Of a DNA stretch of 20,050 bases, positions 1 to 8,744 are shown one piece after another. Location of the stretch: contig CAIWXP010000193.1 in the NCBI GenBank assembly GCA_903916665.1, positions 1 through 20,050 of the forward strand, read 5' to 3'. The notes beneath the pieces were generated by a model. It worked only from the letters and a program-made list of their open reading frames with translations, ran no database searches and was not told where the DNA came from. The translations under genes and the position numbers were made by a program. The first letter of the stretch is position 1; each line of letters starts with the position of its first letter. Source of the DNA: Candidatus Iainarchaeum sp. GTDB taxonomy: Archaea; Iainarchaeota; Iainarchaeia; Iainarchaeales; 0-14-0-20-30-16.

Positions 1-2
1 AG

Positions 3-2582
3 TCAACAACAAAAGAATCAAAAACTAATCCTGCTTCTAGCTACAATAGTTACTCAAATAGAAACATTGAAGACATTTATCAAGAATTTAATAGTTCTCA
101 AAACGGTTTAACTAATTCGTTAGTTAAAGAAAACCTTTCAAAATATGGTCCAAATGAACCAATTAAAAAAGAAAAAATATCTGTTGCAAAAAAAATCATA
201 AAGAAATTTCTTAACCCGTTAGTACTAATTCTTATTATTATTGCACTATTTTCGCTGTTCTTTGGAGAACAAATTGATGCTATTTTTGTACTATGTATGA
301 TTTTAATAAGCGTATTCTTAGATTTTTTTCAAGAACATAAATCAGAAAAAGCATTCAACGAATTAAATAAATTAATACAAACAAAAATTACAGTAATAAG
401 AAATAATTTAGGAAAAGAAATAGATATTAAAGAATTAGTTCCTGGAGATATTGTAATTGTTTCTGCAGGCTCAATGATTCCCGCAGATATTAGAATTATT
501 TCCTGTAAAGACCTATTCATAAATCAATCCTCTTTAACTGGCGAATCATTTCCTATTGAAAAAACATACAATTTATTAAATCAACAAAATACATCAATCA
601 ATGAATTAACTAACATTGCATTTATGGGGTCAAATGTTATTTCTGGAATAGGTACAGGAATTGTGATTAAAACAGGAGAATCAACACAATTTGGAGAAAT
701 ATCAAAATCAATTTCTCGAACTAACATTGAAACTAGTTTTGATAACGGAATTAAAAAATTCACAATGTTAATGATTAAATTCATCATAATATTAGTTATT
801 TTTATTTTTGTTGTAATAACCTTTGTTAAGCACGGGTCAATAACTGAAGCGGTTATGTTTTCATTGGCAGTAGCAGTTGGATTAACACCAGAAATGCTTC
901 CTATGTTGGTTACTATTAACTTATCAAAGGGTGCAATTGCAATGGCAAAGAAAAAAGCAATTGTCAAAAAACTAAATTCCATACAAAACTTTGGTGCCAT
1001 GGATATTTTATGTACAGATAAAACCGGTACATTAACAATGGATAAAATTATTTTAGAAAAACATTGCAATATTGATGGTGATGATGATGAAAATGTTTTA
1101 AAATTTGGTTATATACTAAGTACCTATCAAACAGGATTAATTAATCTTTTAGATGAAGCAATTTTAAAACATGAAACTATTTCTATAACTGATTTTGATA
1201 AATTAGATGAAATTCCTTTTGATTTTGTAAGAAAAGTAATGTCTGTGGTTGTTAAAAATAATGAAAAAAACATTTTAATTTGTAAGGGTGCACCAGAAGA
1301 AATTTTTAAAAAATGTAAATTCTATGAAAAAAACAATAAAATTCTACCATTAACTGAAGACATTCAAAAAGAATTTCAAAATTTATATGATAAATTAAGT
1401 AATGATGGATTTAGAACTTTAGCATTGGGATATAAAGAAATTACATTTAAAAAAGATTATTCAAAGGATGATGAATGTGATTTAGTTTTAAAGGGTTATT
1501 TAGGTTTTTTAGACCCTCCAAAAGATTCTGCAAAAGATGCACTACACGTTTTAGAAAATAGAGGTATAGAAATAAAAATTCTTACTGGCGACAATGAATT
1601 AGTAACAAGAAAAATATGTAATGAGGTAGGAGTTAAAATTAAAGGAATAAAATTAGGTATTGATATTGATAAACTAAATGATGATGAATTAAAGATAATT
1701 GTTGAAACTACAACCATATTTGCTAGATTATCACCTTTGCAAAAAGAGAGAATAATAAAAACATTACAAGCAAATAAACACACTGTTGGTTATTTAGGAG
1801 ATGGAATTAATGATGGACCATCACTAAAAATTTCCGATGTGGGAATATCAGTAAATAATGCTGCAGATATTGCAAAAGAATCTGCAGATATTATTTTACT
1901 AGAAAATAGTTTAGCAATACTACATGATGGTGTTGATATTGGAAGAAAAACATTTGGTAACATTATTAAATATATAAAAATGGGTGCAAGTAGTAATTTT
2001 GGAAATATGTTAAGTATGACTGGTGCAACAATATTTTTACCCTTCTTGCCTATGTTACCAATTCAAATTTTATTAAATAATTTTTTATATGATTTATCAA
2101 ATATATCTTTACCATTGGATGATGTAGATGAAGAATACTTAAAAAAACCAAGACCTTGGAATATTGATTTCATAAAAAAATATATGATTTATATTGGGCC
2201 AATTAGTTCAATATTTGATTTTGCAACCTATGCATTAATGTGGTTTGTTTTTGGAGGTTCAACATTAACTCCAACAGCAATAATACTATTTCACACAGGT
2301 TGGTTCCTAGAATCTCTATGTTCACAAACTTTAGTAATTTATATAATTAGAACAAACAAAATACCTTTCATTGATAGTTGGCCAAACAAATATTTACTAT
2401 TAACAACTATTGCTGTGTTAACATTTGCGTTTATTATTCCTTTAACATCATTGGGCCAATTCTTTGGCTTTGCTATTCTACCTTTGAAATTCTTTTTAAT
2501 ATTAGCAGGGATGATGCTATTGTACTTATTTATGGTGCAAATAGTGAAAGCTTGGGTAACTAAGAAGTATGGCTATCAATAA
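3..2582 (+). CDS. mgtA: Mg2+-transporting P-type ATPase (MgtA type), 5' end cut by window edge
   Basis: The frame is open from base 3 (..NIEDIYQEFNSSQNGLTNSLVKENLSKYGPNEP..), so the ATG at 297 in the ORF track is internal. P-type motifs are present: SSLTGESFP, phosphorylation site CTDKTGTLT, ILTGDN, hinge GDGINDGPSL. The stretch DIAKESADIILLENSL..GRKTFGNIIKYIKMGASSNFGNMLSM is typical of the MgtA subfamily. Multiple hydrophobic helices. TAA stop at 2580-2582. Confidence 0.9.
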   Translation, partial: STTKESKTNPASSYNSYSNRNIEDIYQEFNSSQNGLTNSLVKENLSKYGPNEPIKKEKISVAKKIIKKFLNPLVLILIIIALFSLFFGEQIDAIFVLCMILISVFLDFFQEHKSEKAFNELNKLIQTKITVIRNNLGKEIDIKELVPGDIVIVSAGSMIPADIRIISCKDLFINQSSLTGESFPIEKTYNLLNQQNTSINELTNIAFMGSNVISGIGTGIVIKTGESTQFGEISKSISRTNIETSFDNGIKKFTMLMIKFIIILVIFIFVVITFVKHGSITEAVMFSLAVAVGLTPEMLPMLVTINLSKGAIAMAKKKAIVKKLNSIQNFGAMDILCTDKTGTLTMDKIILEKHCNIDGDDDENVLKFGYILSTYQTGLINLLDEAILKHETISITDFDKLDEIPFDFVRKVMSVVVKNNEKNILICKGAPEEIFKKCKFYEKNNKILPLTEDIQKEFQNLYDKLSNDGFRTLALGYKEITFKKDYSKDDECDLVLKGYLGFLDPPKDSAKDALHVLENRGIEIKILTGDNELVTRKICNEVGVKIKGIKLGIDIDKLNDDELKIIVETTTIFARLSPLQKERIIKTLQANKHTVGYLGDGINDGPSLKISDVGISVNNAADIAKESADIILLENSLAILHDGVDIGRKTFGNIIKYIKMGASSNFGNMLSMTGATIFLPFLPMLPIQILLNNFLYDLSNISLPLDDVDEEYLKKPRPWNIDFIKKYMIYIGPISSIFDFATYALMWFVFGGSTLTPTAIILFHTGWFLESLCSQTLVIYIIRTNKIPFIDSWPNKYLLLTTIAVLTFAFIIPLTSLGQFFGFAILPLKFFLILAGMMLLYLFMVQIVKAWVTKKYGYQ

Positions 2583-2584
2583 AA

Positions 2585-3028
2585 TTAAAACTTTTTAAAT
2601 AATTCTAATGCTTTCATTGCTTGATTTTTTACATCTTCTGAAATATCTTTTTTAATTAAATCTTCTTTTGTAAACCAATTAAAATCATTTAACTCTTTCT
2701 TTTCAATTTTTAATATACTAATATCTTTAACTTTACAAATATAAAAAAATCCACAATGATCATGATCTCCAACATTATGAACATTTACATAAAAAGGATT
2801 TGCTAAATTTCTTTTGATTTTGCCATTAACAGGCAAATCTTGATTATTCAATATCTCTACATCCAAATTTAATTCTTCTTTTACTTCTCTAATAAGTGCA
2901 TCATCAGGCGTTTCATCTTTATCGATATGTCCCCCAACAGGTAACCACATACCTAAAAATTTATGATGAACTAATAAAACTTTATTGCCATTTATTATAT
3001 AGCCACCAACACATAAATCTAGCTTCAT
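2585..3028 (-). CDS. NUDIX hydrolase
   Basis: Nudix box GX5EX7REUXEEXGU is readable as GGHIDKDETPDDALIREVKEELNLD. The 147-aa size is typical. Converges on mgtA with only 2 nt between the stop codons. Confidence 0.85.
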   Translation of the reverse strand: MKLDLCVGGYIINGNKVLLVHHKFLGMWLPVGGHIDKDETPDDALIREVKEELNLDVEILNNQDLPVNGKIKRNLANPFYVNVHNVGDHDHCGFFYICKVKDISILKIEKKELNDFNWFTKEDLIKKDISEDVKNQAMKALELFKKF

Positions 3029-3169
3029 AATAGATTTATAACAACAAAATATATATACAATAACATATATTATGTATATTACTGATAAGATAAATAATGC
3101 ACAAAAGATACATTTAAATACTCCTTTGTATCAATATTATTTAACTTTATGAGTTAAGGAGGCATGTTA

Positions 3170-3571
3170 ATGTTCTTTGATAAATTATTTTGTTTAATAG
3201 CAAGTTTAGTATTATTATCTACAGCAGCTTTTGCTGGTTATGCAGTTACCTATGCTACAAATGCATTTGGTTATAGTGATGCAAGTTCCTATGTAACTTT
3301 TGACACAACATCTAATAATGTCTATGGTTATACTAGCTACCCTACAAACTATTACGGATATAATACAGGATATTCAAACTATAATACTGGATACTCGGGT
3401 TATAATACAGGATCATACTACTACAATGGATCATACTATTATTACCCATCAACATACAACTATACCTATAGACCCACATACTATGTTCCAACCTATTACA
3501 CTTACACCTATGTAACTCCGGTATATTACACATATCCTACAGCCTATAGAACTGGTTGGTACTACGCATAA
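3170..3571 (+). CDS. Secreted tyrosine-rich low-complexity protein (no recognisable family)
   Basis: AGGAGG at 3157-3162 lies 7 nt before the ATG at 3170. The track start at 3164 is only 1 nt from it, so 3170 is preferred. Hydrophobic signal-like N-terminus (FCLIASLVLLSTAAFAG), then about 111 residues with 36 Tyr by my count. The gene ends with a stem plus T-run. Confidence 0.7.
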   Translation: MFFDKLFCLIASLVLLSTAAFAGYAVTYATNAFGYSDASSYVTFDTTSNNVYGYTSYPTNYYGYNTGYSNYNTGYSGYNTGSYYYNGSYYYYPSTYNYTYRPTYYVPTYYTYTYVTPVYYTYPTAYRTGWYYA

Positions 3572-3609
3572 ACCAACCTTTTATTTCTATTTTTTTCTTT
3601 TTTAATTTT
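3554..3609 (+). terminator. Stem (GGTTGG 3554-3559 / CCAACC 3573-3578) followed by a long T-rich tract
   Basis: Inverted repeat read directly from the sequence. It is followed by ttttatttctatttttttcttttttaatttt (3579-3609). Oligo-T tracts are the archaeal termination signal. Confidence 0.45.
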
Positions 3610-3645
3610 AGCAAGTTTTTTTAATACTTAAGTTATCTTATTATA

Positions 3646-4650
3646 ATGATTAAAAGATTAGCCAAATTGTTAATTCAATTAATTATTATACTAATTGGAA
3701 TTGTCGCCATTATTTATTTCATTAGTGATTTAACAAATACAAAGACCCAAACAAATTTGCAACCAAACCAATTGGACCAAAACAATAATCAAACAACAAC
3801 CCCACAAGACACTAATTCTAATTATCATGTTTACTTTTGCCCAGAGGATGATTGTAACACAATTTTATACAATACTTTAAACAATGCAAAAACCATTGAT
3901 TGCGCAGTCTATGATATTACTTTGAATTGGATTTATGATCTAGTAAAAACCAAAAACATAAGAATAGTGACCGATAACGATCAATTAACTAATTATGGAA
4001 AACAATTTGATTTTGTCAAAACAGACAACTCAAAAGACTATATGCACAATAAATTCTGTATACTTGATTCTAACCTCTTATTAATTGGATCATTAAATTT
4101 TACCCAAGATGCAATAGAAAATCAAAACAATAATTTTATTATTACAAATAACAAATATTTCATTAGTGAAGCACAAATTGATTTTAATAATCTATGGAAT
4201 GGTAATTTCACAAAAGCATTTGATGCAGATAGCATTTGTTTTTCACCAGGAAATTGCATGGATCACTATGTTAAAGCAGCACAAACCGCTAAAGAAAGTA
4301 TTAAATGTATGTTCTTTTCATTTACCTATGGTGATTTAGAAAAGGAATTAAAAAATGCAAAGAATAAAGGTTTAGATGTAAAATTAATCATGGAAAAAAG
4401 TCAAGACTCGCAATATTCTGAATATAATAAACTTAAAAATGCAGATATAAAAGTAATTTGGGATCAAAATCCTAGTTATATGCATAATAAATTTTGTGTA
4501 TTTGATTCTAATATAGTAATAACAGGATCCATGAATCCAAGTAATAATGGAAATTTTAATAACAATGAATCAATTATTATAATTAATAATTCAACAATAG
4601 CAAAACAATATGAAAACTATTTTAATAAATATTACGCAATGTGGAGCTAA
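3646..4650 (+). CDS. Membrane-anchored phospholipase D / Nuc-like superfamily protein with two HKD motifs
   Basis: N-terminal TM helix (LAKLLIQLIIILIGIVAIIYFI), then a Q/N/T-rich linker. Two HxK(x)4D motifs: YMHNKFCILDSNLLLIGSLNFT (His codon 4045-4047) and YMHNKFCVFDSNIVITGSMNPS (His codon 4483-4485), each followed by N..N/E residues as in PLD-fold enzymes. Confidence 0.85.
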   Translation: MIKRLAKLLIQLIIILIGIVAIIYFISDLTNTKTQTNLQPNQLDQNNNQTTTPQDTNSNYHVYFCPEDDCNTILYNTLNNAKTIDCAVYDITLNWIYDLVKTKNIRIVTDNDQLTNYGKQFDFVKTDNSKDYMHNKFCILDSNLLLIGSLNFTQDAIENQNNNFIITNNKYFISEAQIDFNNLWNGNFTKAFDADSICFSPGNCMDHYVKAAQTAKESIKCMFFSFTYGDLEKELKNAKNKGLDVKLIMEKSQDSQYSEYNKLKNADIKVIWDQNPSYMHNKFCVFDSNIVITGSMNPSNNGNFNNNESIIIINNSTIAKQYENYFNKYYAMWS

Positions 4651-4655
4651 GTAAT

Positions 4656-5489
4656 ATGCAAAAACTAAATAAATTACATTTTTTAACAGCAGGATTTCCT
4701 AGTACAACATCAGGTAATTTTAATGATGCAATTAGAGAAATAAAAAAATTAAAATTAGATGGCATGGAATTAGAATTTGTTCATAGTACCTGGTTAAAAT
4801 ATCAAGACAAAGAATATGTAAAAACCATAATTCAACAAAAGGACGATTTAATATTTACTGCTCACGCCTCCTATTATATTAATTTAGCAAGTTTAGAAAA
4901 ACAAAAAATACACATGGCAAAGGAAAGAATTATTAAGGCTGCAGAAGCCTGCGCAAGTGTGCAAGGTTATTCCATTACATTTCATCCCGCATATTATTTA
5001 GGTAGAGATAAATCTTTTGTATATGATGAAACAAAAAAAGCATTAAAAGAAACAATAAAAGCCATCAAGGATAAAAACATTAATATTTGGATAAGACCTG
5101 AAACAACTGGAAAAGAAACACAATTTGGAAACCTAGAAGAATGTATTAAATTATCCGAAGATTGTGAACTGGTTTTACCCTGTATAGATTTTGCACATCT
5201 ACATGCAAGATACAATGGAATTAATAACACTAAAGAAGAATGGCAAAAAATGTTAAATTTAATTGAAAATAGATTAGGACGAACTGCTTTAGATAATATG
5301 CATATTCACATGTCAGGTATAAATTATAGTCAAAAAGGAGAAAGAAATCACCTAATTTTAAAAGAATCTGATATTAAATGGCAAGAACTTTTAAATACTT
5401 TAAAAGAATATAAAGTTAAAGGCGTATTTGTTTGTGAATCGCCTAATATAGAACAGGATACAAAATTAATGAAAGATTACTATAATTAA
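4656..5489 (+). CDS. nfo: Endonuclease IV family (AP endonuclease, TIM barrel)
   Basis: Endo IV-like metal-ligand blocks occur in order: HASYYINLAS, ITFHPAYY, IRPETTGKETQFG, CIDFAHLHARY, HIHMSG..ERNHL, VFVCESP. GGAG at 4643-4646 is 9 nt before the ATG at 4656. The track start at 4641 is a GTG inside the upstream gene, so 4656 is preferred. Confidence 0.75.
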   Translation: MQKLNKLHFLTAGFPSTTSGNFNDAIREIKKLKLDGMELEFVHSTWLKYQDKEYVKTIIQQKDDLIFTAHASYYINLASLEKQKIHMAKERIIKAAEACASVQGYSITFHPAYYLGRDKSFVYDETKKALKETIKAIKDKNINIWIRPETTGKETQFGNLEECIKLSEDCELVLPCIDFAHLHARYNGINNTKEEWQKMLNLIENRLGRTALDNMHIHMSGINYSQKGERNHLILKESDIKWQELLNTLKEYKVKGVFVCESPNIEQDTKLMKDYYN

Positions 5490-5501
5490 ATAGGTGAATA
5501 T

Positions 5502-7262
5502 ATGAATTACAATATTTTATTGATTAGCTTAATATTAATAGGGGTTATTTTCTTTTCTGGTTGTATATTATTTTCACCTACAAATTATCAAACCAATGAT
5601 GTTAATTTTGATAAAAATGTTGATCAGGCTATAATAAATTATCAAAATCAATTGGCAAGTTGTGATATTAATGACCCTTGTTCAACAGCATATATTGATA
5701 ATAATACTTGCCACTATAACATAGATTCAAACTGCAAAGATGCAAAAGATAACAACGCATTGGAATTAAAATATAAAGATAAAACATTTAATTGTCAACA
5801 ATCATTAAAAACTAATTCATTAATAAATAGTTGTAACCAATTAAATTTAACCGAAAAAGAAAACTGTATTTCTGATTTAACCGAAAAAACAAATAATCTA
5901 AATTGTTGTTATTTATTATATGATAATTATACTCAATTAAAAGATACAAACTACAAATCATATTTAAATAAATGTGAAATTGATAACATTATAAAAACAG
6001 ATAATTATAATAACTGTATTAATATAGACAGCAAAAAAGAATGTTTTGTTTGCTATTTAAGAAATACACATACAAATGTTTTTACAAATAATATTTGTCA
6101 AAGTTTTTCTGGTGATAATAAACAATATTGTATAGCATCAATATTTTTAGATTTTAAATTTTGTGATAATATAATCGATGAAACGTTAAAGAAAAACTGT
6201 CAAACTACAGAAATAAACACAAATAATTGTATATATTACAACGATAATCCAAAAAATATAGATAACAATAAACTATATATTGCAAATCTTAATGAATTTT
6301 TAAATACTACTACAAGATTAGAATTCTTTAAAAGAAAGGATCTAAATAAAGAAAATTTTATTAAATATTATAAAACGGAAGATAACTATAAATTTTCTTT
6401 TGATGATTCAATAGATTTAAATAAAATATTAAAACCCTGTACTTTGGATACAAAAAAGCACTTAATAAATTATAGTGATAAAAAATATTCTACATTTTAT
6501 TTTGATTATATGAATTATCATTTTGTTTATTCTATAGAGATGTATAAAGATTTCTACGATTATTCAAAAGAATTAAAAAATCAGTATTGCTATGATTTTA
6601 ATACTTGTGATTCCTATTCTAGATATTTACAAGACCCCTATAATAATGCATTATTAACAAAAATTACAAATGATTTTAATGGCTTAAAAGAATATGGTTT
6701 TTCAGATAGCGAAATATTTGAAATAATAACACGATTTGTTCAAGAAATACCCTATAATTATAACTGGGGTAAAGAAAATGTTTATCCCTATGAAACATTA
6801 TATACTATGCAAGGCGTTTGCTTAGATAAAGCAATAATATTAGCAAAGTTATTATCAAATTTAGGCTATGAAACCTATATTGCCACAGGAATTGCAGATT
6901 ATACTGCAAGCACCTTAAATCATGCAGTTGTTGGAGTAACTTGCAATAATTCAAATTTGGAATATAATAACAAAAAAATTTGTTTAATTGAAAGTACACA
7001 CCCCTATTTAATAAACGAATTAGAAATCACAAATAAATTAACATTTAATAAATTATCAGATGGAAAAGAATATACTGAAGCAAATTATGGCCCTACAAAT
7101 GTAAAAAGATTAAAAGATTTGGAATCAAAGATTGATGATCAAATTAAACAGATTAATAATTCCGCAGAAAACAAAGATTGGAATAATTATAATAAGATTG
7201 TTACAAACTATAACGATAATTTATATGAAATATTAAAAATTAGATTTCAAACATACCAGTGA
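5502..7262 (+). CDS. Cys-rich extracellular lipoprotein with C-terminal transglutaminase-like cysteine-protease core
   Basis: AGGTGA occurs 4 nt before the ATG. Signal peptide ends in the lipobox-like FFSGC (Cys codon 5562-5564). There are 18 further Cys in the next ~220 aa. The C-terminal region has QGVCLDKAIILAKLL (Cys codon 6819-6821), LNHAVVGV (His codon 6921-6923), then ICLIESTHP. This matches the Cys-His-Asp/Glu order of the transglutaminase-like fold. Confidence 0.65.
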   Translation: MNYNILLISLILIGVIFFSGCILFSPTNYQTNDVNFDKNVDQAIINYQNQLASCDINDPCSTAYIDNNTCHYNIDSNCKDAKDNNALELKYKDKTFNCQQSLKTNSLINSCNQLNLTEKENCISDLTEKTNNLNCCYLLYDNYTQLKDTNYKSYLNKCEIDNIIKTDNYNNCINIDSKKECFVCYLRNTHTNVFTNNICQSFSGDNKQYCIASIFLDFKFCDNIIDETLKKNCQTTEINTNNCIYYNDNPKNIDNNKLYIANLNEFLNTTTRLEFFKRKDLNKENFIKYYKTEDNYKFSFDDSIDLNKILKPCTLDTKKHLINYSDKKYSTFYFDYMNYHFVYSIEMYKDFYDYSKELKNQYCYDFNTCDSYSRYLQDPYNNALLTKITNDFNGLKEYGFSDSEIFEIITRFVQEIPYNYNWGKENVYPYETLYTMQGVCLDKAIILAKLLSNLGYETYIATGIADYTASTLNHAVVGVTCNNSNLEYNNKKICLIESTHPYLINELEITNKLTFNKLSDGKEYTEANYGPTNVKRLKDLESKIDDQIKQINNSAENKDWNNYNKIVTNYNDNLYEILKIRFQTYQ

Positions 7263-7266
7263 TACT

Positions 7267-7926
7267 ATGATTCCCAAAAAAGATTTAGATATAATTATTT
7301 CAGAATTAAAAGAATTGGCAAAAAAAGATACTATGCGAGCAATTAAAGTTGAAAGATTGATTACTGAAATAGTAAAGTTACATCCTGAAAAAATAACAAA
7401 TAGAACAAATATTAAAGGTTTAGTTTTAGAAGTTTATGAAGATTTACGAATGAGAGATGATTTAGATAAAACTAATTCAAAAAAAGTAGATACTAATTTT
7501 TTAAAGAAAACTTCTAGAATTGGAAGAATAGATAAAAAGAAAGCTTGGCATAATTTAATATATCACATTCATAAAAATGAATACCGTTTAAACTTTAAAG
7601 AATTGGTTCATAAAATAAATGATATTGAAAAAAATATTACGTTGCCTGATGACTATGATATTTCACAAACTGCAAAAATAAGAGATGAATATGTATTTAT
7701 TAAGGATAATAGATTAAATTTTCATGTTTTAGAAAATTCTCAAGATACAATTAAAAAAGTAGCTTTAAAGGATAACTCTATAATAATATTGGGAAGAAAT
7801 ATAGTATATAGAATTAATTTAGATAGTAATGAAATTGATAGTGACAGTCCAAACTGCTTTGGATTAATGCCCATTGATTTAATAATTTTTGTTTCTGGTC
7901 AATTTGTTTTCATATGGAGATGCTAA
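7267..7926 (+). CDS. Hypothetical protein (219 aa, no motif recognised)
   Basis: Long ORF packed 4 nt after the upstream stop and ending 1 nt before the dph5 ATG. Partial SD (GTGAT) lies upstream. Composition matches neighbouring genes. Confidence 0.6.
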   Translation: MIPKKDLDIIISELKELAKKDTMRAIKVERLITEIVKLHPEKITNRTNIKGLVLEVYEDLRMRDDLDKTNSKKVDTNFLKKTSRIGRIDKKKAWHNLIYHIHKNEYRLNFKELVHKINDIEKNITLPDDYDISQTAKIRDEYVFIKDNRLNFHVLENSQDTIKKVALKDNSIIILGRNIVYRINLDSNEIDSDSPNCFGLMPIDLIIFVSGQFVFIWRC

Positions 7927-7927
7927 T

Positions 7928-8695
7928 ATGTTATATTTTATAGGTTTAGGATTAAATAAAGATCAAATGACTATTGAAGCATTAAATGCTTTAAGAAAAA
8001 GTGATAAAATATACATTGAAAACTATACTAGTAATTATGCGGATAACGATTTAGATATATTTGAAAAGAAAAACGGGTTTAAATTTCATAGAATATATAG
8101 AGAAGAATCTGAACAAGGTTTTTCAAGTATTATTAAAGAAGCAAAAACAAAAAAGATCGCGTTTTGCGTATTTGGAAATATTACAAGTGCAACAACACAT
8201 AGTGCAATAATTAATGATACAAAGAAAGCAAAAATAAAAATAGAAATGCTTCCTGGAATAAGTATATTTTCAGTTATACCTATGTTAACAGGATTAGAAG
8301 AATACAAATTTGGAAGAACAATTTCAGTTGTTAAACCAATTGAAAACTATGCTCCCACTAGTTTCTTTGAATACATTTTAAAAAATATTGAATTGGGTTT
8401 ACATACTATTTGTTTACTGGATATCAAAATAGATAGAAAAAGCAAATATTTTATGCAGCCTTTTGAAGCAGCAATTCGTTTATTAGAAATTGCCAATGAA
8501 AAAGATATTGAAACTAAAAACTGGAAAGTATTTGTCGTTTCTGGTGCCTGTTCAAAAAAAGAACGCATAGGCATAACTACATTAAGAGAATTATCAAAAA
8601 GAAAAACAGACTATGATTTTCCTAGTACCTTAGTCATTACAACAAAACTAACCATGGACGAAGAAGAATTTGCAAAAGGATTATCTAAATTGTAA
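7928..8695 (+). CDS. dph5: Diphthine synthase
   Basis: MLYFIGLGL..MTIEALNALRKSDKIYIENYTS is the classic tetrapyrrole-methylase-fold diphthine synthase N-terminus, and the ~255-aa length fits. GGAG at 7917-7920 is 7 nt before the ATG at 7928. The track start at 7889 overlaps the upstream gene and adds a non-conserved extension. Confidence 0.9.
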   Translation: MLYFIGLGLNKDQMTIEALNALRKSDKIYIENYTSNYADNDLDIFEKKNGFKFHRIYREESEQGFSSIIKEAKTKKIAFCVFGNITSATTHSAIINDTKKAKIKIEMLPGISIFSVIPMLTGLEEYKFGRTISVVKPIENYAPTSFFEYILKNIELGLHTICLLDIKIDRKSKYFMQPFEAAIRLLEIANEKDIETKNWKVFVVSGACSKKERIGITTLRELSKRKTDYDFPSTLVITTKLTMDEEEFAKGLSKL

Positions 8696-8718
8696 AAGTA
8701 ATAAATTAGTTATATTTT

Positions 8719-8733
8719 AAAAAAATAAAAAAA
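8719..8733 (-). terminator. Oligo-T tract (minus strand) downstream of the Lys-rich gene
   Basis: The plus-strand a-run aaaaaaataaaaaaa equals tttttttatttttttt on the minus strand, 12 nt after the stop at 8745-8747. Confidence 0.4.
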
Positions 8734-8744
8734 GAATGATAGCT

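Noticed and set aside
329-2563. ORF-track entries 329..520(-), 581..1069(-), 1496..1783(-) and 2378..2563(+) inside mgtA
   Set aside because: They lie entirely within a confidently assigned P-type ATPase frame. Their translations are low-complexity with no motifs. Such shadow ORFs are expected in AT-rich DNA with few stop codons on the antisense of Lys/Asn/Ile-rich genes.
2580-2587. Two-nucleotide gap between the convergent mgtA and NUDIX stop codons as a regulatory oddity
   Set aside because: It fits the extreme compaction seen throughout the window, and there is no structure in the junction.
3300-3533. ORFs 3300..3515(+) and 3342..3533(-) overlapping the Tyr-rich gene
   Set aside because: They are alternative-frame readings of the TAY/ACN repeat DNA. 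Only the 3170 frame has an SD, a signal peptide and a terminator.
4994-8574. Antisense ORFs 4994..5230, 6805..6999, 8086..8307 and 8347..8574
   Set aside because: They are embedded antisense in the motif-supported genes nfo, the transglutaminase-like gene and dph5. None has an SD, promoter or recognisable motif.
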